Part shown: positions 1 to 8,542 of the stretch, piece by piece | Position numbering within the stretch: position 1 is the stretch's first letter | How the letters are laid out: each line of letters starts with the position of its first letter | DNA from: Pseudomonadales bacterium | Lineage (GTDB): Bacteria > Pseudomonadota > Gammaproteobacteria > Pseudomonadales > Azotimanducaceae | Assembly (NCBI GenBank): GCA_030749725.1 | Contig: JASMJM010000173.1 | Coordinates: 4,521 to 68,520, forward strand | Reading direction: 5' to 3' | DNA: 64,000 nucleotides | Notes under the pieces: generated by a model | Seen by the model: only the letters and a program-made list of their open reading frames with translations | Told to the model about the DNA's origin: nothing | The model's database searches: none | Translations under genes and position numbers: made by a program

Positions 1-2
1 GG

Positions 3-944
3 GAGTACAAGAAGGCATCCTCTGCCGCCGGATCGGATCTCCTTGCCATCTCAGTCCACTTCCGATGCCACAATCATGACTCCGGGAAGGGGTGCATGTA
101 TTGTGAGAAAACTATTGGGAACAAGCAGGTTCCATCCGGTCAGGCCCTTTCGGATGCCATCGCCAAGTCGACTGCGACCGCTATCCAGGCGGTCAGTCAA
201 GGTTGGCGAGGGTGTCTGATGATGACCGGTGGCGTCCTGCCACCATGGCGCCGCGACAGACTGATAGATCGCCTCGAAGCAGTGATGGAGCAGCTGCACG
301 AGTCCCTCGACGACGACGTGCTGTCGCAACTGCAGATCACGCCAAACGTCTACCCCCCGAACGACCTTTCAGAGCTGGACAAATGGAAGCAGCTTGGCAT
401 CAATGCAACGTCATTCGACCTGGAGGTCATGGATCCTGCATTCTGGCGAGCCATTTGTCCGGGCAAGGCTGAAGCAACGACCCACGAACACTGGATTGAA
501 GCATCTGAAGCCTCGGCGGAAATATTCGGCAGGGGACGCGGTGCCATGGCTGCCGTGGTGCTGGGCGTAGAGCCCATGAGTACATTCGTAAAGGGATTCG
601 AAGATCTGGTTTCACGCGGTGTGTTTCCAACACCCTACTTCTTCCTACCCCCAAGGAGGAAGCTCGGTTTTCATGGTTTCCGACCGCCCACCGCCGACTG
701 GCTGGTTGAGGTAACCGAGGAGATGGCAGACATCCTGTTTCACTATGCCGACACCTTTGATGTCAACCTGCTGATGGATGATCGTCCCGGCCTGACCCGT
801 GTAGGCAGATCGTTCAACAATATCCTGGTCTGTGATGAAGTGACCAGACGCCTGCAGGAGATGGGTCGAATCCCGCCCGGCTTGCCCCGCTCCGATGTAT
901 ATGAACCAACCAGATTTACAGAGCAAGAGGAGCAATCCGGTTGA
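3..944 (+). CDS. Cys-cluster (radical-SAM-like?) protein, 5' end outside window
   Basis: Frame 3 is open from nt 3 into listed ORF 96..944. The extra N-terminal part reads EYKKASSAAGSDLLAISVHFRCHNHDSGKGCMYCE, a CX8CX2C cluster ending in the CxxC typical of 4Fe-4S/radical SAM sites. No other family signature recognised. Confidence 0.35.
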   Translation, partial: EYKKASSAAGSDLLAISVHFRCHNHDSGKGCMYCEKTIGNKQVPSGQALSDAIAKSTATAIQAVSQGWRGCLMMTGGVLPPWRRDRLIDRLEAVMEQLHESLDDDVLSQLQITPNVYPPNDLSELDKWKQLGINATSFDLEVMDPAFWRAICPGKAEATTHEHWIEASEASAEIFGRGRGAMAAVVLGVEPMSTFVKGFEDLVSRGVFPTPYFFLPPRRKLGFHGFRPPTADWLVEVTEEMADILFHYADTFDVNLLMDDRPGLTRVGRSFNNILVCDEVTRRLQEMGRIPPGLPRSDVYEPTRFTEQEEQSG

Positions 945-1022
945 TTAGCCTGCACTTCTCCCGTGGCAGCAGAGCTGGACTGTTAGCAGTCTACAAGGAC
1001 TTCGGCAACGCCGGGATAAACC

Positions 1023-1670
1023 ATGGCTAACGATAAATCTCAGTCAGCCCATGATGTCAGAGATGAAGATATCAAACACGATTTCGATCGGGATGGATTC
1101 ATCATACTTCGGGAATATCTCACCCCTGCCGAGCTGTCAGAAATGCGTGAACGCACTGACCGATATATGGATGGGAAAGGCGACACGGCAATCCTCAAGA
1201 ACCTTAACAAGCAGGATGCATGGTTCCAGGAGCAACTCGTTAATGGAAAGCATGTGGCGCTGATTGAAACACTTATCGAAGATGGATTGGTGCCGGCCAC
1301 TGCCGCCTGGTTTAACAAACCTCCGGGCAGTTCATCCATGCTGAAACCACATTTCGATGCCATAGGTAATCCGAGAAGACCGCGTAACGGTTGCACCATA
1401 TGGATCGCGCTGGACGAGGCCGATCAGCAGAATGGCTGTCTGTATTACGCAAAAGGTTCACACCAAACAAAACATGATGACAGCGCCCTGTATCTTGACT
1501 ATGACACTCATACGGATCAGGCCGTGGCGGGAGTGGTTGCAGCCGGAGACGCAATCATTCACAGTGCTCTGACAGTTCACTGGTCGGGAGAGAATCGCTC
1601 GAGCCGTTCAAGGCGAGCAATTTCCTACTTCTACTGGGGTGCTTCTTCAAAACTGAATTCCCTCGCCTGA
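1023..1670 (+). CDS. phytanoyl-CoA dioxygenase (PhyH) family Fe(II)/2-oxoglutarate oxygenase
   Basis: 215-aa ORF. FDRDGFIILREYL N-terminus, KPHFD (HxD iron ligands) and distal HSALTVHWSGEN fit the PhyH pattern. Confidence 0.75.
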   Translation: MANDKSQSAHDVRDEDIKHDFDRDGFIILREYLTPAELSEMRERTDRYMDGKGDTAILKNLNKQDAWFQEQLVNGKHVALIETLIEDGLVPATAAWFNKPPGSSSMLKPHFDAIGNPRRPRNGCTIWIALDEADQQNGCLYYAKGSHQTKHDDSALYLDYDTHTDQAVAGVVAAGDAIIHSALTVHWSGENRSSRSRRAISYFYWGASSKLNSLA

Positions 1671-1797
1671 AGCATCCAATCATCCTACCCAACAGAGCGG
1701 CTAAGTGAGGAACGCGAGCCGGACACAATAAGATTGCGACCCAAGGCTCTGATCGATATCACTACCACCAAGACTGCGGGTACATAGAGAGCAAGAT

Positions 1798-2589
1798 ATG
1801 ACCAGCGAAACTTTGGATCCAAATCGTCACATCCCCCTGGTGAGCGTCCAGAATCTGCGTGATCTTGGCGGCTATTCAACCACTGACGGTCGTACCACTC
1901 GATGGCGGCGATTTGTCAGATGTGCCGGTCTATGGAACTTGACGGACGCAGACCAACAAGAAATGCTGAACTACGGTATCGGAGCCGTGGTCGATCTAAG
2001 GTCACAGCTGGATATAGAGAAGTGGCCCAACTCATTTGCCAATTTGGAAGACATTGCCTACCACCATCACGATCTGTGGGGAGACCGGGTAGCTGACTTC
2101 AAGTCCGCAAAGTCCTCGCTGACACAAGCAGAAAAGATGGCTGACCTGTATAGATTAGGTTTTGTGCGCTGCGAGGGTATCATCGGGGAAATCATGGGCA
2201 CCTTGGCCGATGCTGGGGACCATGCTTCGCTGTTTCATTGTGGCGCCGGGAAGGACCGCACGGGAATGATCGCTGCATTGCTGTTGGGTATCGCCCGTGT
2301 TCCCCACCAGACCATTGCGGCCGACTATGGCCTAACTGACCTTTATCTGCCGGATCCGAAGAGGGATCATGAGAATCCCGATCCCATGTTCATACCGGGA
2401 CAGGAAGATGCAATCCGGGATCCCGATCGTGCGCCATTGCCACTCTACATGTTCAGTTGCCTGCCAGGAACGATGCTATTGGCGCTTGAGTTTCTGGATG
2501 AAAACTACGGTGGTGTGGACGGATACGTTCGCAAGATTGGATTGTCCGACGCACAGATTGACCGTCTGCTGTCAAAATTCCTGGACTGA
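1798..2589 (+). CDS. protein-tyrosine phosphatase (Y_phosphatase3-type), copy 1
   Basis: 263 aa. VQNLRDLGGY N-terminus and CX5R P-loop HCGAGKDRTG. Confidence 0.8.
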   Translation: MTSETLDPNRHIPLVSVQNLRDLGGYSTTDGRTTRWRRFVRCAGLWNLTDADQQEMLNYGIGAVVDLRSQLDIEKWPNSFANLEDIAYHHHDLWGDRVADFKSAKSSLTQAEKMADLYRLGFVRCEGIIGEIMGTLADAGDHASLFHCGAGKDRTGMIAALLLGIARVPHQTIAADYGLTDLYLPDPKRDHENPDPMFIPGQEDAIRDPDRAPLPLYMFSCLPGTMLLALEFLDENYGGVDGYVRKIGLSDAQIDRLLSKFLD

Positions 2590-2604
2590 CAGAGGATTGA
2601 GTCG

Positions 2605-3369
2605 GTGGATGAGACAAGGGATCCAAAACGGCACCTGGAGCTGGAAGGTGCACAAAACGTGCGTGATCTGGGTGGATATACAACCATGGATGGCGATCGC
2701 ACCCGCTGGCGACGCTTTCTCAGGTCGGACGGCATGCATCTTCTAACCGAAGCAGACCAGGACACCCTGCTGGCCTACGGCGTGGGCACCGTCATCGACC
2801 TGAGAATGTCGATGGAAGTTGAAAAATCACCCAACGTATTCACCAACTCGAACAAAGTCGTCTTTCATCATCTCGATCTGATGGCAGACTTGAAAAAAGA
2901 TAGTCTACGAAAGGATTCTGAACTGTCGAACCCGGCCCAGAGATTCGCTTACATGTATCAGCAATTTCTTTCCAAATGCCGGGACAATGTCGGGAAGATC
3001 ATGGCTACACTGGCGGACGCTGAGAATAACGCATCCATGTATCACTGTGCCGGGGGAAAGGACCGCACCGGTGTTATTTCTGCATTGCTGTTGGGTATTG
3101 CCGGAGTCCCGGATGACACCATCGCGGAGGATTATGCGCTGACATCCATGTACCCAACGAAGACAAAACGGCCAACGCTGGGCAGTCCGGAAACAGACTT
3201 CGTTCTGGATCCGCTCTATGCATACAAGATGGTCTGTCCCCCGGAAGCCATGTTGCTGACACTGGGTTATCTAAAAGAAAAATACGGCAGCGTGAAGAGC
3301 TATCTTCGCTGGATTGGCTTGACCGCAAAGCAGATCGATCGGCTGAAGTCTAAGATGCTGGAAGCATAG
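2605..3369 (+). CDS. protein-tyrosine phosphatase (Y_phosphatase3-type), copy 2 (tandem paralog)
   Basis: 254 aa. GTG start 8 nt after GAGGA. AQNVRDLGGY and P-loop HCAGGKDRTG. Collinear with copy 1. Confidence 0.8.
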   Translation: MDETRDPKRHLELEGAQNVRDLGGYTTMDGDRTRWRRFLRSDGMHLLTEADQDTLLAYGVGTVIDLRMSMEVEKSPNVFTNSNKVVFHHLDLMADLKKDSLRKDSELSNPAQRFAYMYQQFLSKCRDNVGKIMATLADAENNASMYHCAGGKDRTGVISALLLGIAGVPDDTIAEDYALTSMYPTKTKRPTLGSPETDFVLDPLYAYKMVCPPEAMLLTLGYLKEKYGSVKSYLRWIGLTAKQIDRLKSKMLEA

Positions 3370-3440
3370 GATCCGAAGAGGGATCATGAGAATAGGATCG
3401 CAACGCTGATCTGTTACGACCGCAGATCCGGGTCCTGACC
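3369..3440 (+). pseudogene. decayed fragment of a further phosphatase paralog
   Basis: 25-nt exact copy (ggatccgaagagggatcatgagaat) of nt 2352-2376 from inside copy 1. It starts at the last base of the copy-2 stop codon. A weaker match follows about 30 nt later (gcagatccgggtcctgacc vs gcaatccgggatcccgatc). Confidence 0.4.
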
Positions 3441-3508
3441 AACTTTGTGATTTCTCGTCAACCGTGGCAATCTGGGGATTGGATGATGGGAAACAAACAC
3501 AATCGCTG

Positions 3509-4228
3509 TTATTCGACGCCCAACAGTTTCATAAAGTCTGACTTCTGAGCATCGTTCATTTTGGCCACGTCCGGTACACCCCAACTCGACTGAGGCAGCG
3601 CCAGCAATTCTGGAGAGTGTTTGAGTGCTCGCGCTGTCAGATTATGTAGGCCCTTGCCTTCAGCCGTATCAACACTCAATGCCTCACCTATTCCGGGTGG
3701 CCATACCGGACACTTTTCCCTGACATGATCCGTAGAACCACAGACATGACACCTTGGTGCATTCTTGTCCTCGACCTTGCCTTTGCCTTTGAACGCTTTC
3801 AGTGGCTCAGCATTATCACCTCTCAATTCTGCAATCGCCGCCCACATCTTTGCCTCGTCAGCACCGCGTCCCCGGTTCCCCTCGCTGTCATAAAAGTAAG
3901 AAGATTGGGATGCGATCGAGGCCCAATTTGCCCTTATATGAAATCCGGGTAAAGCCAGGCACTCTTCCGGCAACCCGGCGCCACCACTTACTTCACCGTC
4001 GGATATCATAAAATAGTAGCCGGCTGCCTTACGACCCGCCATGAGCCTTTCCGGCGTCAGCGTATATTCTTCACTGAATCCCCAGCTGTATTTATTGAGA
4101 TCAAGATCCGACTCCCGCAACAGACTGGCACCCAATTCACCACAGTGCTGACACCATTCCGCACTGGCGAATTCCCACTTTCCAGTACCAATTACTTCCT
4201 TGTTCATCTGTTCCAGTAGTTCATTCAT
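3509..4228 (-). CDS. hypothetical protein with a CCHC zinc-knuckle motif
   Basis: ORF 3509..4303. I prefer the internal ATG at 4228 (MNELLEQ..., GGGAG about 9 nt upstream). Contains CHVCGSTDHVREKC (CX2CX4HX4C). No family recognised. Confidence 0.55.
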   Translation of the reverse strand: MNELLEQMNKEVIGTGKWEFASAEWCQHCGELGASLLRESDLDLNKYSWGFSEEYTLTPERLMAGRKAAGYYFMISDGEVSGGAGLPEECLALPGFHIRANWASIASQSSYFYDSEGNRGRGADEAKMWAAIAELRGDNAEPLKAFKGKGKVEDKNAPRCHVCGSTDHVREKCPVWPPGIGEALSVDTAEGKGLHNLTARALKHSPELLALPQSSWGVPDVAKMNDAQKSDFMKLLGVE

Positions 4229-4638
4229 TGCTGCCCGCTCCCGTGTTTTCAGATTCACCATGAGTGTCAGCCATAGGCAGGACTTAGTCAAATTGGAGTC
4301 CACCCATTTTTCGAACAGGACGTCAGAATCTCTGCCACAATCCGAATTCGTTTCACTCCTTCGTCAACTATGGTTCCTGAACAAACCTCGTGAAACGACT
4401 AACAGGATGTTTGGGTGAACTCCACAGGGCGAGATTTGCCAACTAGTGATCATTGCTTTAAGTTCTGCAGATACACTCTGAAATTTCCAGTGCCACTCTC
4501 TGTACGCACCTGGAAGGCAGGCTCAGATATGTCTGGTACGGTAGCCATCCTGCCCAGGTAAACTGAAGCTGAAACAACCAGCCGGCGATGCAATTATTAT
4601 CCGGCAACGGGTGTCTACTCTTGCAGGAGAGAGTTTGA

Positions 4639-5388
4639 ATGAAGATTCTGATCATCGCCGATATTCACGGCAACGCGGACGCACTGGCGGCCGTCCTGGA
4701 AAAGGAAAACGACGCCGATACTACTGTGTTTCTGGGTGATTCAGTATTACCGGGTCCTCAGCCCAACGAGACCATTAAACTGCTCGAGGGCATTTCCGGG
4801 ACCTTTATCATCGGCAACCACGATATCGAGGTCCTTGAACCAGAGCGATTTGCGAACTGGCCGGCAAACTGGCTCGCCTTCAACCGTGGTGTCATCGGTC
4901 GACTGGAGCCAACAGCATACGACTTCCTCAAGAAGTTGAAACCGGAAGGTGAATACGAAGTGGGTGGAATGCGGATGCATCTCAAACACGGGGTGCTTCC
5001 GGACCGGTCGGCACAAGCCCTGCCGGACACCTCAGACGATCGACTATCGGTTCTTGCAGATGGCAGTGATTGTCCCATTGTGCTTTTCGGTCACTCACAC
5101 ATCCAGTTTGAACGTACCATCAATGGCCAGCAGTTCATCAATCCGGGCAGCATAGGCCAGCCCCGCTGCGGCAAGATGGTCGCCTGCTACGGCCTCTTCG
5201 AGGACGGTGAATTCCGTCACTGTCATGTAGCGTATGATGCCACTCCCTGGCTCAAGGCCATGGATGAGATGGCCACACTGGATGAGTTTCCCGAGTTTCG
5301 CGACTGGGTTAAACAGGGACTGGTCACCGGCTATGGCATCGGTCGGAACGAGCCATGGACCCGGTTCGCCAAAGAGGGTTATCTGTAG
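4639..5388 (+). CDS. metallophosphoesterase (YfcE/MJ0936-like)
   Basis: MKILIIADIHGN, FLGD, GNHD and GHSH motifs in canonical order. GGAGAG RBS upstream. Confidence 0.8.
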   Translation: MKILIIADIHGNADALAAVLEKENDADTTVFLGDSVLPGPQPNETIKLLEGISGTFIIGNHDIEVLEPERFANWPANWLAFNRGVIGRLEPTAYDFLKKLKPEGEYEVGGMRMHLKHGVLPDRSAQALPDTSDDRLSVLADGSDCPIVLFGHSHIQFERTINGQQFINPGSIGQPRCGKMVACYGLFEDGEFRHCHVAYDATPWLKAMDEMATLDEFPEFRDWVKQGLVTGYGIGRNEPWTRFAKEGYL

Positions 5389-5522
5389 GATACGGGCGAC
5401 GGTTACCCATCTGCCCATTGTTGGGTGAACTCCATTCCCTCCGTTTTGACAAGAAGACGGTATACCCATATCGTAAGAATCTGGCTGCCGAGGCACAGCC
5501 AGCGGCAATTATCGGAGGAATT

Positions 5523-6287
5523 ATGTTTGATGTAGACAAGTATCGTCTGGTGGATCTCAGTCCAAGAATGGTGGCCAGGATTAAGCGACTTAACGGTGAC
5601 ATTGAGGAAGGCAACACGGACCAATACGGCTTGCCCTGGGTGCTTGAAGAGGGCGTCGCCGACTACGATAACACCAAGTACACCTGGATCGGCGGATGGC
5701 CGGACGATAAGGTCTGGAAGTGGAGATTGAGCGGTCATTTTGGTTCCCACACGGAGGGTGGTAAAGGCCACCTGGACCACTGGGAGGGTCTTCCTGATGA
5801 TGTCAAGGGTCTGTGGGAGTATCCCCTCGAGCAGTTTTTTGGGCCGGCAGCCGTATGCAATCTGTCAGCACTTAAACCTGTTGAGACGAAAAATGATCAG
5901 GGTGAAACCGTGCAGCGGGGTCAGGCAGTAAAGCCGGAACACCTGAGCAATGTGCAGGAAGGTGATATCGTCCTGATGTGCAGTCCTTATGAGGGTGCAG
6001 AGCAACCCTATATGCCGGCTGAAACATCAGCATGGCTGGCTGAGCAGAAGATCAAGATGCTTGCGGTTCAGGTACCGGGTCTAATCTGGGAAGTAGATGC
6101 CCAGAAACCTCAGCCCAACAATTCTCCTACGCATCGGAACATGCTGGGTAATAACATTCCGATTACCTATCCGCTATCCAATATCACTTCGCTCAAAAGA
6201 GACAGAGTCTTTTACTTCGGATTTCCACTCAGCGTCGAACGGCTGGACGGGTGTTGGATCAGGGCCATTGCCTTTGAAGAGTTATAG
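5523..6287 (+). CDS. cyclase family protein (kynurenine-formamidase-like fold)
   Basis: Internal ATG at 5523 preceded by GGAGGA. The longer ORF from 5355 overlaps the previous gene. GHFGSHTEGGKGH resembles the HxGTHxDxPxH motif. C-terminal ...NSPTHRNMLGNNIPI...GCWIRAIAF fits the putative cyclase family. Confidence 0.55.
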   Translation: MFDVDKYRLVDLSPRMVARIKRLNGDIEEGNTDQYGLPWVLEEGVADYDNTKYTWIGGWPDDKVWKWRLSGHFGSHTEGGKGHLDHWEGLPDDVKGLWEYPLEQFFGPAAVCNLSALKPVETKNDQGETVQRGQAVKPEHLSNVQEGDIVLMCSPYEGAEQPYMPAETSAWLAEQKIKMLAVQVPGLIWEVDAQKPQPNNSPTHRNMLGNNIPITYPLSNITSLKRDRVFYFGFPLSVERLDGCWIRAIAFEEL

Positions 6288-6472
6288 AGTAGATATCAGC
6301 GTCATTTGAAACGCGACTGTAGGAGTCCGTCAGAATTGGATGATCATACGCTAAGATGGTGGCAGTAGATTAACCCTGGGTCCGGCAGCCTTTTGCCTGT
6401 TGATCCCGCCAACCCAGGATGGTATTCAGCGGCGTCGCGTCCAGCCCTATCGCTTTTGGATCAAGGAACGAA

Positions 6473-8512
6473 ATGAAAACTCATACAGCCAATGGAAAAA
6501 GCAATACAGTCCTGCTGTTCTTTATCGTCGTTGCCCTGTCCATGCAGGCATCACCGGCAACCGCGCAGGAATCCTACTCACCCAACGTTTATCAAACGTA
6601 TCCCGGAAACGTCTATTGGGGAGACACCCACGTCCATACCTATCTATCGGGAGACGCTTATACCCTTGGTACACTGCGGACACCTGACGATGCCTATCGT
6701 TTTGCCAAAGGCGAAACGATTCGTGCAACGGGTGGCGAGGAAGTACGATTGCGCCGTTCGCTGGACTTCCTGATGGTAGCCGATCATGCTGAAAATCTCG
6801 GTGTCTTGCCGCGACTTGTAGCGGGTGATGCCTTGGTCCCCGACACGAAAGTCAGTCGTTACTGGCAACAGCTCATTGCCGGCTTGATGCCGTTGCCGGA
6901 AATCCTCAATGCCGACTCAGCCGAAACATTCAACCTCGGCAACCAGACTCTGGGTCAGGCCAAGGGGGCATGGCAACCTGACTATGGCATCGATGAAAAC
7001 TTCCGACGCACAGTGTGGCATGAAGTGGTGGCAATCGCAGAAAAGCACAACAATCCCGGCACGTTCACAACGTTCGCCGGTTACGAATGGAGTGGACGAG
7101 CGCCTGCCATGATTCACAGGAACGTCCTCTTCCCGGACGGCCCCGAGCAGACCGGGCAGACTTTGCCGTTTTCGCGATTTGACAGCGATAACGTAGAGAT
7201 GTTGTGGGAGCATCTCAACACGTATGAGGACCATACCGGCGGCCACGTGATTTCCATCCCTCACAACAGCAACTTGAGCGGGGGACAGATGTTCAAGCCT
7301 GATAACTATGCTGGCGAACCCCTCACAAAAGCCTATGCACAGACCCGTGCTCGATTTGAACCAATCGTCGAGGTCACTCAGATCAAAGGTGACAGTGAGA
7401 CTGCCCCCTGGGTCTCACCGTCGGATGAATTCGCCGATTTTGAAAGGTGGGGAAAGTCTCCGCAAAACGCCAAAACGGGAGCCAAGAAGCCGGTCTCAGC
7501 AGGCATGAAGGCGAAAGCGAAGACGAAAGGCAAATATTCGACAGACCCCAAGAAGAAAGTGCAGCCGAAATCTCAAACTTCCGAATCCGGGAAAAAGCAA
7601 ACCGGCAAACTGCCCCAGGCAGCCGCAAAGAAGCCACCGCAGGATCCCTATGATTTAGCCAGGCAATCATATGCGCGTTCTGCTTTGAAACTCGGTCTGG
7701 ACCAACAGGCTGAACTCAGCACCAATCCATTCAAGTTCGGCATGATCGGCAGCACCGATTCCCATACCGGACTGGCAACAGCCGACGAAGACAATTTCTG
7801 GGGCAAGATGGGGCTGAATGAACCCAGTCGCTATCGCGCCGTATTTCAATCCATCTACGGGGCTTCCGGATATGCGGGTGTCTGGGCTCATGAGAATACG
7901 CGTGCTTCGCTGTTCGCGGCCTTCAAACGCCGGGAGGTTTATGCCACAACCGGACCTCGTATCATGCTGCGGTTCTTTGGTGGTTGGGACTACACGGAAT
8001 CTGATGCATCCAGTCCGAACGTGGCTGCCGTTGGTTACCGGAAAGGCGTACCCATGGGAGGGGATCTCACACTTGCGGCCAACGGAAAGGCACCCGGTTT
8101 CCTGATTCGTGCCGTAAAGGATCCGCAAGGTGCTAATCTGGATCGCGTTCAGATCATCAAGGGCTGGCGGGATTCCAAGGGCAAACTCTTCGAGAACGTC
8201 TACGACGTAGCCTGGTCAGACGAGCGAAGCGTTGGCAAGGATGGCAAACTGCAGCCGGTCGGTACAAGCGTGGACGTGGCAAGCGCAACTTACCATAACT
8301 CCATCGGTGCGGCGGAATTGTCAGTCACCTGGACCGATCCGGATTTTGATGCTACAGAAGCGGCATTCTATTACGTGCGCGCAATCCAGATACCGACACC
8401 GCGTTGGACGGCTTACGACGCAGCGTACTACGGTTTGACGGATCTGTCTGAACAAATACCCCTGGTCACACAGGGACGGGCTTATTCTTCACCCATCTGG
8501 TATACCCCTTAA
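6473..8512 (+). CDS. DUF3604 domain protein, secreted, with Lys-rich insertion
   Basis: Start chosen at MKTHTANGKSNTVLLFFIVVALSMQASPATAQE (signal peptide). YWGDTHVHTYLSGDAY and GSTDSHTG match DUF3604. Confidence 0.7.
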   Translation: MKTHTANGKSNTVLLFFIVVALSMQASPATAQESYSPNVYQTYPGNVYWGDTHVHTYLSGDAYTLGTLRTPDDAYRFAKGETIRATGGEEVRLRRSLDFLMVADHAENLGVLPRLVAGDALVPDTKVSRYWQQLIAGLMPLPEILNADSAETFNLGNQTLGQAKGAWQPDYGIDENFRRTVWHEVVAIAEKHNNPGTFTTFAGYEWSGRAPAMIHRNVLFPDGPEQTGQTLPFSRFDSDNVEMLWEHLNTYEDHTGGHVISIPHNSNLSGGQMFKPDNYAGEPLTKAYAQTRARFEPIVEVTQIKGDSETAPWVSPSDEFADFERWGKSPQNAKTGAKKPVSAGMKAKAKTKGKYSTDPKKKVQPKSQTSESGKKQTGKLPQAAAKKPPQDPYDLARQSYARSALKLGLDQQAELSTNPFKFGMIGSTDSHTGLATADEDNFWGKMGLNEPSRYRAVFQSIYGASGYAGVWAHENTRASLFAAFKRREVYATTGPRIMLRFFGGWDYTESDASSPNVAAVGYRKGVPMGGDLTLAANGKAPGFLIRAVKDPQGANLDRVQIIKGWRDSKGKLFENVYDVAWSDERSVGKDGKLQPVGTSVDVASATYHNSIGAAELSVTWTDPDFDATEAAFYYVRAIQIPTPRWTAYDAAYYGLTDLSEQIPLVTQGRAYSSPIWYTP

Positions 8513-8542
8513 TGTTCCTGTTGGATTGAGAGGGTTCGTCGC

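Noticed and set aside
4411-5434. 14-nt exact repeat TTGGGTGAACTCCA at 4411-4424 and 5421-5434, with a related TTGGGTGAACT at 23854-23864. Each lies upstream of a plus-strand gene, so it could be a shared promoter or ECF-type -35 element.
   Set aside because: - With roughly 4e9 position pairs in 64 kb (both strands), several exact 14-mer matches are expected by chance.
- No consistent -10 element at fixed spacing was found.
- GGTGAACT also occurs inside coding sequence, for example near 15040.
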